The notes below the pieces were generated by a model, which saw only the letters and a program-made list of their open reading frames with translations, was not told where the DNA came from and searched no databases. A program made the position numbers and the translations under genes. Shown one piece after another: positions 10,041-18,860 of a stretch of DNA of 28,251 bases. Origin of the DNA: Candidatus Altiarchaeota archaeon (GTDB lineage Archaea; Altiarchaeota; Altiarchaeia; IMC4; SCGC-AAA252-I15); NCBI GenBank assembly GCA_043813075.1, contig JBDRLL010000025.1, forward strand, positions 1 to 28,251. The letters run 5' to 3'. Numbering within the stretch: the stretch's first letter is position 1; each line of letters starts with the position of its first letter.

Positions 10041-11384
10041 ATGGGACTATACAGGGCCTACGATATACGTGGGATTTATGGTGAGGAGCTGACTGATGAT
10101 GTTGCGGTTAAGATAGGGAAGGCGTTCGCGTCCACGGTTCCGGGAAGGCTTGCAGTGGGGTATGATGCGCGAGTGAGCTCTCCATCGCTCTCAAGGTCTA
10201 TGATAGAGGGGCTGACGTCGGCTGGAGCTGACGTTGTTGACGTTGGCATGGTGCCCACGCCAGTCCTCTATTTCACGATACACAAGCTTGGTCTTGACGG
10301 TGGTGTGATGGTCACAGGATCCCATAATCCCCCGGAATACAATGGCTTCAAGCTTTGCAGGGGCACGATGACGTTGTATGGCCCTGAAATACAGGATATT
10401 GGCGCTAAGGCTGATAAGGGGGATTTCATGGAGGGTGACGGTAAAGTCGAGTCCTACGATATAATCCCCGAGTACCTGGATTTCCTGAGGGATAGGATAC
10501 GCCTAAAGAGAAAGCTTAAGGTGGTGGTGGACTCTGCTAACGGTACTGCCGGCCCAGTAGCCCCCCAACTATTCAGGAGTCTCGGGTGCGAGGTAGTCGA
10601 GTTGTATAGCGACCCTGACGGCAATTTCCCTAACCATCCCGCAGACCCTACTGTGGATGAGAACATGTCCGACCTTATACGGATGGTCAAGTCAAAGAAG
10701 GCGGATATTGGAGTGGGCTATGACGGCGATTCCGACCGAGCGGGGTTCGTCACCGAAGACGGCTCCATCATACGCGGAGACCAGGCGATAATACTCTTCT
10801 CCCGCGACATACTCAAAAAATACCCGGGCTCGCCCATAATATTCGAGGTCAAGTGCAGTCAGGCGGTCAGCGAGGATGTCGAGGCTAACGGCGGGAGGCC
10901 TGTTATGTACCGGACTGGACACTCATTCATCAAGAAGAAGATTAAGGAGGAGGGGGCTAAGCTTGCCGGGGAGATGAGCGGCCACTTCTTCTTTGCAGAC
11001 GACTATCCCGGCTATGATGATGGCATATATGCTTCAGCCAGGATGGTCCAGATAATCTCTAATTCACCCGGATCATTCGGGGATATCGTCTCCACGATAC
11101 CCAAGTACTATTCGACGCCTGAGATTAGGGTTGACTGCCCTGATGAATTAAAGTTCGATATTGTAGGCGAGATTACAGAGCACTTCAAGGGTAGTTACGA
11201 CACGATAACGGTTGACGGCGTCCGCGTGGAGTTCGGTGATGGTTGGGGTCTTGTGCGGGCCAGTAATACTCAGCCTGCAGTCATCCTCCGTTTTGAGGCT
11301 AAGACTCCTGCTCGTCTGGAGGAGATTATGTCCTTGTTCAGGGAGGTTGTTGACTCCTACCCTGAGTTGCGCGGAAAACTATGA
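10041..11384 (+). CDS. Phosphomannomutase/phosphoglucomutase
   Basis: YRAYDIRG, TGSHNP (phospho-Ser), DGDSDR (metal loop), GEMSGH and VRASNTQP motifs. Confidence 0.95.
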   Translation: MGLYRAYDIRGIYGEELTDDVAVKIGKAFASTVPGRLAVGYDARVSSPSLSRSMIEGLTSAGADVVDVGMVPTPVLYFTIHKLGLDGGVMVTGSHNPPEYNGFKLCRGTMTLYGPEIQDIGAKADKGDFMEGDGKVESYDIIPEYLDFLRDRIRLKRKLKVVVDSANGTAGPVAPQLFRSLGCEVVELYSDPDGNFPNHPADPTVDENMSDLIRMVKSKKADIGVGYDGDSDRAGFVTEDGSIIRGDQAIILFSRDILKKYPGSPIIFEVKCSQAVSEDVEANGGRPVMYRTGHSFIKKKIKEEGAKLAGEMSGHFFFADDYPGYDDGIYASARMVQIISNSPGSFGDIVSTIPKYYSTPEIRVDCPDELKFDIVGEITEHFKGSYDTITVDGVRVEFGDGWGLVRASNTQPAVILRFEAKTPARLEEIMSLFREVVDSYPELRGKL

Positions 11385-11469
11385 TTCATAATATACAAAA
11401 TTATTTTTTATAATATCGCTTTTTTTTGTATATTATAATCTGTATTTTATTCTATGTTCTCATATATCT

Positions 11470-11535
11470 CATGTGATGAGCAGCTTTTGCCGAGCTCCTT
11501 ACTGGGGCTGTGACGATGCTTATGAGTGCTGAAAT
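11470..11535 (+). ncRNA. Box C/D 2'-O-methylation guide sRNA, predicted target C34 of tRNA-Met(CAU)
   Basis: Box C GTGATGA 11473-11479; guide GCAGCTTTTG; box D' CCGA 11490-11493; hairpin GCTCC-TTACT-GGGGC; box C' GTGACGA 11510-11516; guide TGCTTATGAGTG; box D CTGA 11529-11532. It is a GC-richer island in an AT-rich intergenic region. Ends are approximate. Confidence 0.85.
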
Positions 11536-11572
11536 AACGCCCTTTAATACCGTTTAAAGCCAATAATCTTAC

Positions 11573-12691
11573 ATGAATCCCGGTCAATCGGGTAAGAGGG
11601 CGGAGTCAGGTTTCACACTTGGCTCCATAATTAATGAGTTGACCTCCTTCTTCACCAAATCCGATGTTGAGGCTGAAATCCCTAAGCTGAAGCTTCATGC
11701 TGGCGAGAAGATGGTGAAAATCCTTAAGCCGCACGTTTTGTCCTTCTATGACATGTATTTCGTGTGGGCTTACGTTATCCTAGTGAGCGTATTGTTCCTC
11801 TCTTTTGGCAGCGAGATATCTGATGCTCTAGGCAATCCAGTCTCCTCTGTGACGGAATTCATGGTAGCCTCCACCAAGGGTGGCGCGGAATCCATCTTAA
11901 TGCCTGACAGCATATCAGGCATGTTCAGGGATGTTAACGAACAGGTTACCGGCGCGAACAACATGGTCAATGAATACGCTCCAATAAGCCTATGGATAAC
12001 ACTACTGGTCGCGGCATCCGTGGTTTTTTCAGTGCTTAAGATATCATGGAAATGGATTGGCATACTGGTCGGAGTCGGCGTTGGAAGCGCTTTTATCACG
12101 ATAGCCCTCGAGCTTCCCGCTGAAGTGACATACCTGTTTGGCGTGCTCTTCAGCGTGATTGGTATCCTGATGGTAGACAAATACCGCCGTTCCCACACCT
12201 TCTTTGTGACAAACCAGCGCATAGTAACCCAAGTATCGTTCATAGACCACAAGAGGAACGAACTAGGCTACGATAAAATCAACAACCTGATAATGGAACG
12301 CACGCTAATAGCCCGCCTATTCAACTTTGGGACTATAATACCAGTCACCGCGTCAGGCCTTGGCATGGGATCAGACCTTGCGATGGTGACCATCGGTGCG
12401 GCAGGATCTTCCTCTAGCGGAGGCATGTACGGCGGAGCCATAACAGGAGGTCGTACAGTCCAGACCCCCCGGGTGCGCAGCATGTATGGCCTCTACGGCG
12501 TTGAGGATCCTGAGGCTCTGCAGGAGGTTATAAGCGATTTCATGCAGCAGTATGCTGAGGCTCCCTACTTGCGGAGGATGACCGAGCAGTTGGATGAGAT
12601 GAAGAGGGGGTTCAATAATAATTCCCATGGAAATAGGGGTGTTGGGGGGGATTCGGGTCCTGTCTACGATAAGGACGATCCTATACTCTGA
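11573..12691 (+). CDS. Membrane protein with bacterial PH (bPH_2/DUF304-like) domain
   Basis: About four TM segments, then FFVTNQRIV...ELGYDKINNLIMERTLIARLFNFGTI, the typical bPH_2 pattern. Confidence 0.75.
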   Translation: MNPGQSGKRAESGFTLGSIINELTSFFTKSDVEAEIPKLKLHAGEKMVKILKPHVLSFYDMYFVWAYVILVSVLFLSFGSEISDALGNPVSSVTEFMVASTKGGAESILMPDSISGMFRDVNEQVTGANNMVNEYAPISLWITLLVAASVVFSVLKISWKWIGILVGVGVGSAFITIALELPAEVTYLFGVLFSVIGILMVDKYRRSHTFFVTNQRIVTQVSFIDHKRNELGYDKINNLIMERTLIARLFNFGTIIPVTASGLGMGSDLAMVTIGAAGSSSSGGMYGGAITGGRTVQTPRVRSMYGLYGVEDPEALQEVISDFMQQYAEAPYLRRMTEQLDEMKRGFNNNSHGNRGVGGDSGPVYDKDDPIL

Positions 12692-12928
12692 ATGGTCTGC
12701 TGTGATAATCCTTTTGCGCTCAGGTTCAAGCTCAGCATCCTAGGTGTCATGCTATCCTTTGCTCTGACTATGGCTGGTTTTATATCGCCTTTCCGTGAGA
12801 TGCTCGTATTATTCCCCCTCACATGGCTGTTCTCATTGATAATACTGATACCCTCCATCGGACTTTATTATGCCGTTAAAGAGGATTTCTGGGCTGAAGT
12901 CATCAATAAGAAGAATAAGTCTACTTGA
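12692..12928 (+). CDS. Small two-TM hypothetical protein
   Basis: ATG directly after the upstream stop; two hydrophobic stretches and a basic tail; fills the gap up to lysA. Confidence 0.6.
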   Translation: MVCCDNPFALRFKLSILGVMLSFALTMAGFISPFREMLVLFPLTWLFSLIILIPSIGLYYAVKEDFWAEVINKKNKST

Positions 12929-14150
12929 GGTCTTCAGGCATCTTCTGCAGCCTATACATGTCTCCTATGGCTTCTCTCTCCCTGATTAAGTCTGTCTTCC
13001 CTTTCCTAACCAGGACTTCCGCGGGCAGGGGCATGCTGTTGTAGTTGCTCGCCATGCTGAAGCCGTAGGCGCCAGCGTTTTCAATCACTATTATGTCGCC
13101 GACTTCTGCTTTAGGCAGGCTCCTACCTCTAGCTAGTATGTCCCCTGACTCGCACAGGTTCCCTGCAATGTCGTAGACTTCTGAAGAGCCTTTCTTGCCT
13201 GCTATCCTCACGTTATGGTATGCGTCGTACATTGCCGGACGTATCAGGTCGTTGAATCCTGCATCAACGTTCACGAACTTCTTTTCCGGGGTCTCCTTGA
13301 CACTGTTGACTCTCGCCAGCAGCACTCCCGCCTCTGCTACGATGAATCTCCCCGGCTCGAACCATACTTCTGGAGCGTATCCTAGCGTGTCTAGTGCCTC
13401 TGTTATTATGTCTGTGTACGCGTCTGCGAATTCGGCTACTGACACCACCTCCTCATCATTGTATCTGACTCCCAGGCCTCCCCCGAGGTCTATGAAGTCG
13501 AGTTCAACGCCCAATTCCTTATTTATTCTGGCGGCGAACTCCATCATCTTGACGGCAGCCTCCTTGAAGCCTGACATGTCTTTCACGTTGGAGCCTACGT
13601 GGCAGTGGATTCCTGAGACTTCTAGTCCCATACTCAACGCTTCTTTCACTGCATTGAATGCGATGTCGTTCTCGAAGTGGAGTCCGAACTTGCTTCCCCT
13701 GAGTGACGTTGAAATCTTAGGATGGGTTTTCGCGTCCACGTCCGGGTTCACCCTGAACGCTATCCTGGCCCCCCCAACCTTCTTTAGTAATCCTATCTCA
13801 GTCGTGTTTCCTACTGTGATGTTTACTCCAGCGTCAACAGCTGCCTTCAGGTCAGACTCGCTCTTGCTGTTGCTGGTGTACATCACGTCTCCCGGGCTGA
13901 AACCGGCTTTTAGCACGGCATCCAGTTCTCCGACAGAGACCACGTCCGCCCCGAATCCTTCCCCCCGTATGAGCCTGAGTACCGCGAGGTTGCTGTTCGC
14001 CTTCACAGCGTAACAGCACTTCACTTTAACAGGGAAGCATTCGAAGGCTTGGCGGAATTCACGGCACCTGGCATGAATCAAGTCCCCGTCATAAACGTAC
14101 AGTGGCGTGCCATGCCTTTCCACCAATTCGATAAGAAGTTTTGACTCCAT
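12921..14150 (-). CDS. lysA: Diaminopimelate decarboxylase
   Basis: GTPLYVYD, YAVKAN (PLP Lys), SKFG, HCHVGS, DLGGG, EPGRFIV, GNLCESGD and GAYGFSMASNYN motifs. ATG 14150 preferred over track start 14177. Confidence 0.96.
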   Translation of the reverse strand: MESKLLIELVERHGTPLYVYDGDLIHARCREFRQAFECFPVKVKCCYAVKANSNLAVLRLIRGEGFGADVVSVGELDAVLKAGFSPGDVMYTSNSKSESDLKAAVDAGVNITVGNTTEIGLLKKVGGARIAFRVNPDVDAKTHPKISTSLRGSKFGLHFENDIAFNAVKEALSMGLEVSGIHCHVGSNVKDMSGFKEAAVKMMEFAARINKELGVELDFIDLGGGLGVRYNDEEVVSVAEFADAYTDIITEALDTLGYAPEVWFEPGRFIVAEAGVLLARVNSVKETPEKKFVNVDAGFNDLIRPAMYDAYHNVRIAGKKGSSEVYDIAGNLCESGDILARGRSLPKAEVGDIIVIENAGAYGFSMASNYNSMPLPAEVLVRKGKTDLIREREAIGDMYRLQKMPEDLK

Positions 14151-14187
14151 TTGTGAAATAATGTTGTATGCTGTCAATAAAAATAGT

Positions 14188-15399
14188 CTATGGTGCGTAT
14201 CTGGTGTCCGCGTATAACCGTCCCATTATGGGTTCAAGCCTGTCGTAGAGGCCACGGCCATAGCTTCTCAGTATGATGGATTCCCCTAGCGTTTCTCTGA
14301 ATTCATTCGAGAGTCTTTCTGATTCGGCAGCCAGGTCCTCCATACCCAACGACCTTGATGTCTGGGCGTTGACCTTCATCATGGCACTGTGCGCGCAGGG
14401 TCTTATAAGGTGGTTGTTGTCAACGTCAACACCTAATTGCATGAAATCCCTCCTTATTACCCCCGGGAGATCTGACACGTGTGTGGTGTATGCCCTAAGG
14501 TACACCTCCATGTTGCTTCTGTCCACTGACACTCCAAGACCTTCCCTGTCCACGTATCTGGACCCTAATTCCATCGCTATCCTGTCTGCCAAAACCTCCC
14601 TCCCGTTCCTGTACATCCAGGCCGGGTCGAACACTGCATCATCCTCGAACTGCCTGAAGTCGACTCTTGGCACGAGAAGGTGTCTTGTTGATACACCTTC
14701 CCTGAAGACTCTCCCCCATTCTTCAAGCATCTTGGATGGTGTGTCCTCCACATCCAGTATTCCCGTCTCATGGTCTGCGATGAAATGACCTATCTCGTGC
14801 GGGAAGATGCGGTTGCGTTTTTCAAATAACTCCCGGAAACCTCTCGAATACCCCATGTTGGCGAATACACTCCCCATGTCTTGTCTCGCCATTTCCCCTC
14901 CACCATACCTCAAACGCAGCTTAGGGTCTAGTCCATCAAGCCGGTAGGCTTTGCAGAAGCCTCTATAGCTTCTCGCTAGCCTCTCATAGTTCTCCCTACT
15001 CCATCCCTTATCCATCACCGCGTCTCCAACAGCCTGTATTATCGTCAAGTCCTCTGGAAACTCGTTTGGAGACGGCTTCATCATTTCTGGGAATTCTTTG
15101 ATGAAGAATATTGCATCACCCAGTTTACCTGCTTTTTCCAAGTCTTCAAGTACGTCAAGAGACGCTGATACCCCCCGCATCCCGGAATTCCTGGGGCTAT
15201 GGTGGTACCTGCCCCACCCGTCCCGTATGTTAGAGAGACACTCGAAAAGCTCTTCCCCAGAACCTTGTTGCCCTGCCTTTTTCACGAAGGCCCTGACCCT
15301 GCCTTCCTCAGGACCGAAGTCCCTAACACCACCAACGGCCTCTGACACTATACGTTGTTCTGGTTGTCTGGCTCCGGGGTCTTGCAGGAGGAAGATCAT
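14188..15399 (-). CDS. Hypothetical protein, possible zinc metallopeptidase (HExxH)
   Basis: 403-aa ORF with IFPHEIGHF and a downstream helix REVLADRIAME that could supply the third Zn ligand. Confidence 0.6.
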   Translation of the reverse strand: MIFLLQDPGARQPEQRIVSEAVGGVRDFGPEEGRVRAFVKKAGQQGSGEELFECLSNIRDGWGRYHHSPRNSGMRGVSASLDVLEDLEKAGKLGDAIFFIKEFPEMMKPSPNEFPEDLTIIQAVGDAVMDKGWSRENYERLARSYRGFCKAYRLDGLDPKLRLRYGGGEMARQDMGSVFANMGYSRGFRELFEKRNRIFPHEIGHFIADHETGILDVEDTPSKMLEEWGRVFREGVSTRHLLVPRVDFRQFEDDAVFDPAWMYRNGREVLADRIAMELGSRYVDREGLGVSVDRSNMEVYLRAYTTHVSDLPGVIRRDFMQLGVDVDNNHLIRPCAHSAMMKVNAQTSRSLGMEDLAAESERLSNEFRETLGESIILRSYGRGLYDRLEPIMGRLYADTRYAP

Positions 15400-15438
15400 G
15401 TTATCATTAATGCAGTGTCTGTTAATATCATGCCCCGT

Positions 15439-16149
15439 CTATTTGCCAAGCCCCTCCTTGGCGCGTCTGAATAGTCCTATCAGCGTCTGGGCTTCTCTTC
15501 CGGATACGAAGGCCCTGCCTATCAATTGTCTTATCGTCTTTTTCGCCAGGTTGTTCTCGTATTCCCTGTCGTATATGCCATCTATCATCCCGTCTATGTT
15601 TTCCAGCAGCACCCTCTTCCTCTCCCCGTCTATCTCGCGGAATTTCCTTCTATCCAGCTTCCTTGTCATCGAGTCTTTAGACAGCTCGTACAGTATCACC
15701 CCCACTGATTGGGCGAGATTAAGTGTGGGATATTCCGGGTTAGCGGGGATGGTGACTTGCAGGTCGCATAACTCCAACTCCTCGTTGAGTAGTCCGTAGT
15801 CTTCGCGCCCGAAAACCAGCCCTATCTTACCCCTGCTTTTTAGGGCGTTGTCCAGCTGCCATGGCATTATGGGGCTGCGGTTGGGGTTGGAGTCCGTGGC
15901 TATCTTAGCTGTTGTGGCGACTAGATAGTCCATCCTCTCCTGCAGTTCAGCCAGGTCCCTGACTTTCCCGGCTTTTTGTAGCACTTCCAGCGCGTGCATT
16001 GATTTCTGCCGCGCCTCACTCCCCAGTTCGGGCGGGTTGACTAGGGTCAGGTTCGTGAAACCGAAGTTCTTCATCACCCTTGCAACCGACCCTATGTTGC
16101 CCTCGTATTTGGGCTCCACCAGGATTATGTGGAAGTTCTCTTGAATCAA
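15439..16149 (-). CDS. trmJ: tRNA (cytidine/uridine-32-2'-O)-methyltransferase, SPOUT family
   Basis: IILVEPKYEGNIGSVARVMKNFG, VFGREDYGLLNEEL and IPANPEYPTLNLAQSV motifs. TTG 16149 preferred from TATA spacing (track start 16170). Confidence 0.9.
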   Translation of the reverse strand: MIQENFHIILVEPKYEGNIGSVARVMKNFGFTNLTLVNPPELGSEARQKSMHALEVLQKAGKVRDLAELQERMDYLVATTAKIATDSNPNRSPIMPWQLDNALKSRGKIGLVFGREDYGLLNEELELCDLQVTIPANPEYPTLNLAQSVGVILYELSKDSMTRKLDRRKFREIDGERKRVLLENIDGMIDGIYDREYENNLAKKTIRQLIGRAFVSGREAQTLIGLFRRAKEGLGK

Positions 16150-16183
16150 CTCATTAATACTTTGAATCAAATACTTTTAACGG

Positions 16184-17734
16184 ATGGATGAGGTCGGGTT
16201 TATCAAGGGTGCGGTCAAGCAGACCGAGTTCAATGTCCTGTTGAGCGACCATAAGATCGGGCGTGGAAGCTACCTGAAGATAAAGCATGACGTATGCGGG
16301 TGGGTGTTGGCTCGCATAGAGACTCTTAAGCGTTACCTGGATGATTTTGACGAGGAGCAGACGATAGCTAGGGTGCGTACAATCGGCTACCGGGAGGGTC
16401 CGAGCGTCGTAATGCCTAAGACGCCGTTTAAGCCCAACGAGAAGGTTTTCATGGCTGATGACCGCATCATAACCAGCGTGCTTGGATTGCGCAAGGACAG
16501 GGACAACTCCATATACCTTGGGCTTCTTGAAGGCCATGACATTCCAGTCTACCTTGACTCTAGGAAGCTTATTGAAAAGCATATGAGCGTGCTCGCGAAG
16601 ACTGGCGCGGGTAAGAGTTATACTGTCGCGGTCATCATCGAGGAGTTGCTGAAGACGGACACTCCGATAGTCGTGATCGACCCTCACGGGGAGTATGGGA
16701 GCCTGTCCATGGAGAACGACGACTATGACTCTATGACAAAGTATGACGTTCAAGTCCACTCCTACTCAAGCCAGATAACCGAGTATGCAGTCAACACCGA
16801 TATTAACGAAAATGCGGAGAAGCTTTCCCTAAAGCCGGACTTCACTGTAATGGACTTGATTGGCTTCATGCCCATACAGTTGTCTGACCGTCAGAAGGGC
16901 GTCCTCTACTCTGCATTGGAGGATCTGGAGCCTGGCCGCTACACGATGAAGGATCTTATCCGGCGTATTGATGAGGAGCCGACTAAGCTGAAGTGGAAGA
17001 TTCTGGAGGGTTTGGAGTCGCTCCAGGTGTCCGGCGTCTTTGACGGCACTCCAGTGGATTACGGTGACCTGGTGAAGCCTGGCAGGGCGGCCATAATAAA
17101 CCTTAAGGGTGTTGACCCCCACGTCCAGCAGCTGGTTGTCGCCAGGATGACTAAAGACTTGTTCGAGCAGGTGAGCATAGGCAGGCTCCCGAAACTATTC
17201 TATCTTGTGGAGGAGGCCCATAACTTCTGTCCTGAACGAGGGTTCGGGAATGTCATGTCTTCCGAGATATTCCGGACTATAGCGTCCGAGGGCCGGAAGT
17301 TCGGCTTCCGGCTTGGCGTTGTCAGCCAGAGGCCTGCCCGCATAGACAAGAACGTTCTCAGCCAATGTAACACCCAGGTGATACTCACTGTCACTAATCC
17401 AAACGACTTGAAGGCCATCGGCCAGAGCATCGAAGGCTTCACGCCTGGCATGGAGGATGAGATCAAGGAGCTCAGAGTCGGTTACGCTATGGTTGTCGGT
17501 GACTGTGTGGAGCAGCCGATTATCGTTGACGTCAGGGCCAGGGAGACTAAGCACGGCGGCAAGTACGTTCCCAAGCCTGGGGACGAGAAGAAGAAGCCCC
17601 CAAAATACGAGAAAAAGAGGCCCGGCCCCAAGGGTTCTAAGGCGGTCATCGAAAAGAGCGGTGGCCTGTTAAAACGCCTTTCAAAGGCTTTCATAGGGCT
17701 TTTTGTGGAGTTCAAGAAAGAAGAAGAAAAATAA
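16184..17734 (+). CDS. HerA/FtsK-family ATPase (HAS barrel plus DUF87-type ATPase)
   Basis: KHMSVLAKTGAGKSY (Walker A), VIDPHGEY, VEEAHNF (Walker B), EGRKFG, SQRPA and LSQCNT motifs. Confidence 0.93.
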   Translation: MDEVGFIKGAVKQTEFNVLLSDHKIGRGSYLKIKHDVCGWVLARIETLKRYLDDFDEEQTIARVRTIGYREGPSVVMPKTPFKPNEKVFMADDRIITSVLGLRKDRDNSIYLGLLEGHDIPVYLDSRKLIEKHMSVLAKTGAGKSYTVAVIIEELLKTDTPIVVIDPHGEYGSLSMENDDYDSMTKYDVQVHSYSSQITEYAVNTDINENAEKLSLKPDFTVMDLIGFMPIQLSDRQKGVLYSALEDLEPGRYTMKDLIRRIDEEPTKLKWKILEGLESLQVSGVFDGTPVDYGDLVKPGRAAIINLKGVDPHVQQLVVARMTKDLFEQVSIGRLPKLFYLVEEAHNFCPERGFGNVMSSEIFRTIASEGRKFGFRLGVVSQRPARIDKNVLSQCNTQVILTVTNPNDLKAIGQSIEGFTPGMEDEIKELRVGYAMVVGDCVEQPIIVDVRARETKHGGKYVPKPGDEKKKPPKYEKKRPGPKGSKAVIEKSGGLLKRLSKAFIGLFVEFKKEEEK

Positions 17735-17775
17735 TGTTTTAAAGTTTAAACATTACTACTTTTAAATATTGTATG
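17732..17775 (+). promoter_or_regulatory. ABC operon promoter: inverted repeat plus TATA box
   Basis: TAATGTTT-N8-AAACATTA at 17732-17755, just upstream of TTTAAATA at 17761-17768; Shine-Dalgarno GGAGGTG at 17806-17812. Confidence 0.5.
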
Positions 17776-17818
17776 TGTTTTTAAATCTATTTGATTAATA
17801 CTATTGGAGGTGGTGGAT

Positions 17819-18847
17819 TTGAAAAAAAGTTATCTCCTATTAACTGTCTCTATGCTAATGCTCTCTCTCATTGGTTGCATTTCACCATCAAGCGAAAAGA
17901 AAAATGAAGTAATCGTGTACACGTCACGTGACAAGTATTTTTCAGAGCCGATACTGAACGACTTTGAAGCACAGACTGGCATCAAAGTAAAGCCTGTCTA
18001 CGATACTGGTGCAACCAAGACTGCCGGTCTCGTGAATCGTATTATCGCTGAAAAGAATAACCCGCAGGCCGACGTCTTCTGGAATTCGGAGACTGGGCGG
18101 ACAATAGTGCTCAAGAAAAACGGGCTCCTATCCCCCTATTTCTCGCCTAATGCCGTGGATGTTCCAGGCCAGTACAAGGATCCTGAAGGCTACTGGACCG
18201 GGTTCGGGGCGAGGGCGCGAGTATTCATCTACAACACGAATCTACTGAATCCAGAAGAGCTTCCTGAATCCCTATTCGACCTTGAGAAGCCTGAGTGGAA
18301 CGGGAGATTCTGTGTTGGGAATGGCTGGCTTGGTACGATGGCAACACACAACGCCGCCCTGTTCCTAACGCTCGGAGACGAGAAAGCCAGGCAGCACTTC
18401 CAGAACCTCAAGGACAACGGAGTCAAGATGCTGGTCGGCAACACAGCGGTAAGAGATGCTGTTAGCGTAGGCGAAGTCCCCCTAGGAATAATAGACACTT
18501 CAGACGCTCAGGAGGCCATATCCTACGGCAAGCCAGTGGCAATAGCATACCCAGACCAGGGTGAAAACCAGGTTGGAGTAATGCTGATACCAAACACGGT
18601 GGCTTTAATCAAGGACGGGCCAAACCCTGAGAACGGGCGGAGGTTCATAGACTACATGCTTAGCAGGGAGATGGAGGAGAGGCTGGCTTTCATGGAGTCA
18701 AGTCAGATTCCATTAAAGCAGGGGGTGCCTACTCCAGACCATGTAAAGACTGCTGGCGAACTCAAGGTCATGGAAGTCGACTTCAGCAAGGTCGCCGACA
18801 AGATGGATGAGTCAAACAAGTTCCTGCTTGATTTATTCACTGGATAA
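17819..18847 (+). CDS. ABC transporter substrate-binding lipoprotein (Fe3+/FbpA-AfuA-like)
   Basis: Lipobox-like LIGC after a hydrophobic core; VIVYTS, FEAQTGIKV, NPQADVFW and FIYNT motifs. TTG 17819 follows the SD. Confidence 0.88.
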   Translation: MKKSYLLLTVSMLMLSLIGCISPSSEKKNEVIVYTSRDKYFSEPILNDFEAQTGIKVKPVYDTGATKTAGLVNRIIAEKNNPQADVFWNSETGRTIVLKKNGLLSPYFSPNAVDVPGQYKDPEGYWTGFGARARVFIYNTNLLNPEELPESLFDLEKPEWNGRFCVGNGWLGTMATHNAALFLTLGDEKARQHFQNLKDNGVKMLVGNTAVRDAVSVGEVPLGIIDTSDAQEAISYGKPVAIAYPDQGENQVGVMLIPNTVALIKDGPNPENGRRFIDYMLSREMEERLAFMESSQIPLKQGVPTPDHVKTAGELKVMEVDFSKVADKMDESNKFLLDLFTG

Positions 18848-18860
18848 AAAGACATAACAC

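Noticed and set aside
13195-14013. Long antisense ORFs over lysA (similarly over cdc48, herA, the nucleotidyltransferase and the giant gene)
   Set aside because: They overlap well-supported genes and show the Ser/Thr/Pro-rich composition of shadow ORFs.
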